Source of the DNA: an uncultured Algoriphagus sp.
GTDB lineage: Bacteria > Bacteroidota > Bacteroidia > Cytophagales > Cyclobacteriaceae
Reading direction: 5' to 3'
Assembly (NCBI RefSeq): GCF_963974835.1
Contig: NZ_CAXBET010000009.1
Span: forward strand, 103,424-167,423
Length of the DNA stretch: 64,000 bases
Under the pieces are notes generated by a model. The model did not search any database. It was not told the origin of the DNA and worked only from the letters and a program-made list of their open reading frames with translations. The number at the start of each line of letters is the position of its first letter. Position 1 is the first letter of the stretch. Below are positions 59,647-64,000 of the stretch, piece after piece. The translations under genes were made by a program, and so were the position numbers.

Positions 59647-59757
59647 TTATGAAATCAAGCATGCTCCTAGTTTTAAACTTATTTGACGTTGGAGCTTGTG
59701 TGATTTAATAGATTGCCCCAAATATTCTGAGTGAAAAAAAAATTAAATTATATCCAC

Positions 59758-60342
59758 ATGAAAAATCTAATATTTTTAGGATGCCTTCTATTGCTAGTAA
59801 GTGCTTATTCTATCAGTAGAACTCATGACTCCAAGGCAAATCCCATATCTTCGAATTCTGAGAAGACAAAATCATTTTACGAATTCTCTATGAAAGACCT
59901 TGACGGAAAAGAAGTCGACTTCAATTCTTTCAAAGGCAAAAAAATCATGGTAGTAAACGTTGCATCCAAATGCGGCTACACCCCTCAGTATGAAGCTTTG
60001 CAAAAGCTGTACTCCGAAAACAGCGATAAACTGGTCATTTTGGGTTTCCCCGCAAATAATTTTGGTGGTCAGGAACCTGGAACAAGTGAAGAAATTAAAT
60101 CGTTTTGCTCTGAAAACTATGGTGTGACATTTCCAATGTTTGAGAAAGTATCTGTGAAAGGATTTGACAAGCATCCGATCTACAGATGGTTAACAGATGC
60201 CGCAATGAATGGATGGAATAACGAAGAACCTAGCTGGAACTTCTGTAAATACATGATTGACGAAAAAGGTGAATTGATCAAATACTTCCCATTCAAAGTA
60301 GATCCATTGGATCAGGAGATTATTGATTTAATCAACGCCTAA
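59758..60342 (+). CDS. Glutathione peroxidase-like thiol peroxidase, exported
   Basis: VNVASKCGYTPQY, GFPANNFGGQEPG, WNFCKY; N-terminal signal peptide; ATG 59758. Confidence 0.92.
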   Translation: MKNLIFLGCLLLLVSAYSISRTHDSKANPISSNSEKTKSFYEFSMKDLDGKEVDFNSFKGKKIMVVNVASKCGYTPQYEALQKLYSENSDKLVILGFPANNFGGQEPGTSEEIKSFCSENYGVTFPMFEKVSVKGFDKHPIYRWLTDAAMNGWNNEEPSWNFCKYMIDEKGELIKYFPFKVDPLDQEIIDLINA

Positions 60343-60361
60343 TCAGAACCTTTCCGACTGA

Positions 60362-61282
60362 GTGAAACAAGCTATTCAAACAAAAAAAGAAGCCTGGCTG
60401 CATGCAGTCAGGCTTCGTACATTACCACTAGCGCTAGCCAGCATATTTGCAGGTTCTTTTTTAGCAGCATATAAGGAAGTTTTCCGCTGGGAAATACTGC
60501 TCTTAGCCTCGCTTACTACCATTTTCTTACAGATTCTTTCCAATCTCTCCAACGACTATGGTGACACCATTCATGGTGCTGACCACCAAGATCGACAGGG
60601 CCCCATCAGAGCTGTGCAATCGGGATTGATTACCCTTGAGGAGATGAAAAAGGGAATGTATTTATTTGGAACCTTGGCTCTCCTCGCTGGATTAGCGCTT
60701 CTCTATCTAGCAGTTCAAGACTGGATGCTCTTTGGAATATTCCTAGGACTTGGTCTTTTAGCGATCTGGGCATCTATTTCTTACACTTCAGGAAGTAATC
60801 CTTATGGCTATGCAGGATTTGGAGATATTTCGGTTTTTATCTTCTTCGGTTTACTAGGAGTTTACGGTACCTATTTTCTACACAGTTTAACATGGGATGA
60901 TTCGGTAATCTGGATAGGTGTTGCTTTAGGGCTGTTCAGCGCAGCTGTACTGAACATCAACAATATTCGAGATATTGAATCCGATACTACAGCAGGTAAA
61001 AAATCAATTCCAGTGAGAATTGGAAAGAAAGCAGCTGTCATTTACAATTGGTTTTTGATTTTGGGCGGCAACTATTGCTTATTCATTTTTGCCTTTATGA
61101 CCAAAGAATGGACTTCCCTACTGGCGCTGGCCATATTTCCACTGATGATAAGAATTGGAATTTCTGTGCAAAAAGGAAAAGATTCGGAATCCATAGATCC
61201 TAACCTGAAAAAAATGGCCATTAGTACGTTGGTTTGGGTGCTATTATTTGGAACTGGTTTAGTTTTTTTAGGAAAAAGCTGA
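60362..61282 (+). CDS. menA: 1,4-dihydroxy-2-naphthoate octaprenyltransferase
   Basis: RLRTLPLA, SNLSNDYGD, NINNIRDIESD, GKKSIPVRIG. Confidence 0.94.
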   Translation: MKQAIQTKKEAWLHAVRLRTLPLALASIFAGSFLAAYKEVFRWEILLLASLTTIFLQILSNLSNDYGDTIHGADHQDRQGPIRAVQSGLITLEEMKKGMYLFGTLALLAGLALLYLAVQDWMLFGIFLGLGLLAIWASISYTSGSNPYGYAGFGDISVFIFFGLLGVYGTYFLHSLTWDDSVIWIGVALGLFSAAVLNINNIRDIESDTTAGKKSIPVRIGKKAAVIYNWFLILGGNYCLFIFAFMTKEWTSLLALAIFPLMIRIGISVQKGKDSESIDPNLKKMAISTLVWVLLFGTGLVFLGKS

Positions 61283-61344
61283 CAAAAGTCCTTTTCTTAT
61301 CTTCTAAAATGGGGTAATTTGGCATAAACCAATAAACCGTATTT

Positions 61345-62202
61345 ATGACTAAAGTACTTGTGCCATATGATTTTTCAGAGCAGGCTCAGTATGCACTGGA
61401 TTTCACGCTTTCCATCTCCGAAAAACTGGAAGATGCACACATCGTAGTTTTGCATGTGATAGAAGTTCCCTCCACAGCCAATCTGGGCACCATGGGAGGC
61501 GGCGAATTGGTTCCTGAAATGGACAATCAGATATTCTTTATTGAACTTATGGATCGGCGAAAACAGCAATTCAAGGAGCTAGAAGCTAAATATGCCGACA
61601 GTAAATTCCATCTGAACACCAAAATTTCTCTTGGAAATGCATTTGGAAACATTGACACAGCTATAAATGATGAGGAGCCAGACTTAGTGATCATGGGTTC
61701 TAAAGGCACAAGTGGTTTGGAAGAAATACTCATAGGTAGCAATACAGAGAAGGTGGTTCGAACTGCGAATTGCCCTGTAGTGACTGTAAAAAGCAAGATA
61801 GATCCAGTCAATTTCAAAAAAATTGTTTTTGCAAGTGATTTCAGAGAGGACGATTACAAGTTGGTATCTCAGATAGTTAATCTTCAGAAGCTATTTGATG
61901 CAGATTTATATTTGGTTATCGTAAACACTCCAAGCAATTTCGAAACGACAAGAGAATCTTCCATGCGAATAAAGACTTTTGTCAATAAAAATAATATCGA
62001 AAATGCTGTGGCTGAGATTTACAATTCTTCTTCTGAAGAGGCTGGTATTGTGGAATTTGCTGAAGATATCGATGCTGATTTAATCGCAATGGCTACGCAT
62101 GGCCATACGGGATTTATTCATCTGATGGCGGGAAGTATAGCTGAAGATGTTGTCAATCATGCCAAAAGGCCTGTAATGACATTTAAAACCAAGAAAAAAT
62201 AA
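61345..62202 (+). CDS. Tandem universal stress protein
   Basis: VLVPYDFS, IMGSKG...GSNTEKVVR, ATHGHTG...GSIAEDVV. Confidence 0.93.
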   Translation: MTKVLVPYDFSEQAQYALDFTLSISEKLEDAHIVVLHVIEVPSTANLGTMGGGELVPEMDNQIFFIELMDRRKQQFKELEAKYADSKFHLNTKISLGNAFGNIDTAINDEEPDLVIMGSKGTSGLEEILIGSNTEKVVRTANCPVVTVKSKIDPVNFKKIVFASDFREDDYKLVSQIVNLQKLFDADLYLVIVNTPSNFETTRESSMRIKTFVNKNNIENAVAEIYNSSSEEAGIVEFAEDIDADLIAMATHGHTGFIHLMAGSIAEDVVNHAKRPVMTFKTKKK

Positions 62203-62262
62203 AGAGGATCATATTAAGATCTTATAAATAAAATTTGACTCTGATAAGTCTTCAGTTTCATA

Positions 62263-62625
62263 ATGAACACCATGGGAAGAAATAACAACGACTGGAAAAA
62301 AAGAGACGGAGTAGTATACTCCACCAGTGATGATTTTGAATTTCAAACAGGAGAAAAAGATGTTCAGGAAACATTAGCTTCCAATCAGCAAAACTTAAAA
62401 GTGATGCTGGACAAAAAAGCGCGTGCAGGAAAGAAAGTAACTTTGATTGAAGGTTTTGTTGGAAGTGATAACGATCTGAAAGAGTTGGGTAAAATGCTTA
62501 AGAGTAAGTGTGGAGTTGGAGGATCAGCAAAGGATGGGGAAATTCTCATTCAAGGTGATCATAGAGACAAGGTTTTGCAGGTTCTTCTTGGTGCTGGATA
62601 TAAAGCAAAGAAATCTGGAGGATAA
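62263..62625 (+). CDS. yciH: SUI1/YciH translation initiation factor family protein
   Basis: [32 protein letters not shown]. Confidence 0.92.
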   Translation: MNTMGRNNNDWKKRDGVVYSTSDDFEFQTGEKDVQETLASNQQNLKVMLDKKARAGKKVTLIEGFVGSDNDLKELGKMLKSKCGVGGSAKDGEILIQGDHRDKVLQVLLGAGYKAKKSGG

Positions 62626-62686
62626 TTCATGCACTTAATTTTCTGATGATTAATCCCGCACTTAGAACATATAATAAAATAGTTTT

Positions 62687-63574
62687 TTGACAGAGATCCT
62701 AATCATTTCCCTGGCTGTCAGTCTCAGAGTAGTATCTAATCCCCTGGGAAATGTTTTTCAAAAGCAACTGACACAAAAAGGATCTCATCCACTTTGGGTT
62801 AATTTTTTAACATATCTACTTCTTGCTGTACTCTGCCTGTTTGGCTTGATACTATTAAAGAGAATTGAGATTAGCAAAGAATTCTGGCTCTATTCAATTC
62901 TTGGAGGTGTTTTCGGCGCATTAGGAAATGGCCTGTTGGTTAAAGCTCTTCAAAATGGCAATCTTTCAATCTTAGGACCTATTAATTCTTACAAGTCCAT
63001 AGTAGGTCTAATATTCGCCGCTATACTATTAGGAGAACTTCCAAATGCTTGGGGAATAGTAGGAATCGGAATTATTATTTATGGAAGCTATTTGGTTCTG
63101 GATACAACTGAAGAGCGTTTTACAGTGGCATTACTGAGAAATAAGGAAATTCAATTTCGTATAGGAGCAATGATCCTCACTGCAATCGAGGCCGTGTTTG
63201 TGAAGAAAGTTATACTTACATCCTCCCCTGCTGTAGCATTTATTTCTTGGTGTATTTTTGGAGCTGTATTTTCTTTTGTTCTAGTTCTTTTATTCCAAAT
63301 TGAAATCAAAACAGAGATTAAAAAGTTTGATACTCAATCATTCACCAAGCTTCTATTTCTGATTATTTGCATAGGCGTCATGCAACTCTCTACTAATTTT
63401 GTTTTTGAAAACATGAAAGTCGGATATGCTTTATCCATTTTCCAACTCTCAATTATTATCAGCGTACTTTTAGGTTATCGCTTTTTCCAAGAGAAACACA
63501 TTCTCAAAAAAATCATCGGCTCTGCCATAATGATAGCTGGATCTGTACTAATTATCTTAATGAAAAGTACTTGA
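62687..63574 (+). CDS. EamA/DMT family transporter
   Basis: Two 5-TM repeats (LSILGPINSYK, GELPN; VLLGYRFFQEK); TTG start uncertain. Confidence 0.85.
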   Translation: MTEILIISLAVSLRVVSNPLGNVFQKQLTQKGSHPLWVNFLTYLLLAVLCLFGLILLKRIEISKEFWLYSILGGVFGALGNGLLVKALQNGNLSILGPINSYKSIVGLIFAAILLGELPNAWGIVGIGIIIYGSYLVLDTTEERFTVALLRNKEIQFRIGAMILTAIEAVFVKKVILTSSPAVAFISWCIFGAVFSFVLVLLFQIEIKTEIKKFDTQSFTKLLFLIICIGVMQLSTNFVFENMKVGYALSIFQLSIIISVLLGYRFFQEKHILKKIIGSAIMIAGSVLIILMKST

Positions 63575-63578
63575 TATT

Positions 63579-64000
63579 TTATTCTTTGGATATCATGACT
63601 TCCTCCTCCTCCAAATTTCGTACGTCTACACTCACTTTCATCTCTTGCTCACTTCCGCTGTAGACTATTCCTTTCAGAGGAGTAATATCTGCAAAATCCC
63701 GACCTACTGCCACACGGATATGCTTATCGTTAACCAAAAGATTATTTGTCGCATCGAATTCTACCCAATCGTGCTCCGGAATGTATACAGCAATCCATGC
63801 ATGGGAAGCGTCCGCCCCTATCAATTTTGGCTTGCCGGGAGGAGGTAAAGTCTCCAGATATCCACTTACATATCTAGCGGACAATCCTATTGCTCTCAGA
63901 CAGGCTAAGGCAAAATGTGCGAAATCCTGGCAAACTCCTTTCCTATGCTTGAAAACTTTCTCCAATGGTGTACTGATGTCTGTGAATCCTGGGGTAAAGG
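63579..64000 (-). CDS. Transglutaminase-like protein, 5' part outside the window
   Basis: Catalytic triad GVCQDFAH, ASHAW, FDATN; the frame stays open to the window edge (FTPGFTDISTPLEKVF). Confidence 0.9.
   Translation of the reverse strand, partial: FTPGFTDISTPLEKVFKHRKGVCQDFAHFALACLRAIGLSARYVSGYLETLPPPGKPKLIGADASHAWIAVYIPEHDWVEFDATNNLLVNDKHIRVAVGRDFADITPLKGIVYSGSEQEMKVSVDVRNLEEEEVMISKE

Noticed and set aside
59758-60342. Selenocysteine in the glutathione peroxidase
   Set aside because: The peroxidatic position is a Cys codon (TGC) and there is no in-frame TGA.
1-64000. CRISPR arrays, tRNA/rRNA genes, IS transposases, integrases, cobalamin or FMN riboswitches
   Set aside because: None were recognised by eye in the intergenic regions, and the icmF and ribE leaders lack the needed structure. 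An Infernal/tRNAscan run would be decisive.

Overview
AT-rich chromosomal window from a Bacteroidota genome. Gene content and the TAnnTTTG -7 promoter boxes suggest Cyclobacteriaceae (Algoriphagus-like); this assignment is inference. Most of it is core or near-core: icmF (partial), greA, rsmA-mgtE, pdxA, yceD-rpmF-fabH-efp-accB-accC, ribE, pcm, rfbA, speA, arginase, argS, menA. Accessory modules are a fructose MFS/PfkB pair with a distant GH32, a planctomycete-type cytochrome c DUF1549/DUF1553 + DUF1501 + DUF2231 cluster, a CDGSH-KefF-KefC operon, a TetR-TolC-MFP-RND operon and a T9SS type-B cargo protein. I found no rRNA, tRNA, CRISPR array or classical IS transposase. The main observations are: (1) a GxxExxY PD-(D/E)xK nuclease gene between arginase and argS, bracketed by ~40-bp modular inverted repeats, with a degenerate 'empty' palindrome of similar design 1.1 kb upstream; (2) an ACP-fold protein with Pro in place of the phosphopantetheine Ser as last gene of the RND operon; (3) an unannotated protein-kinase-like (APH-type) protein; (4) an intrinsic terminator inside the greA leader; (5) three pseudogenes that the ORF track misses or truncates.
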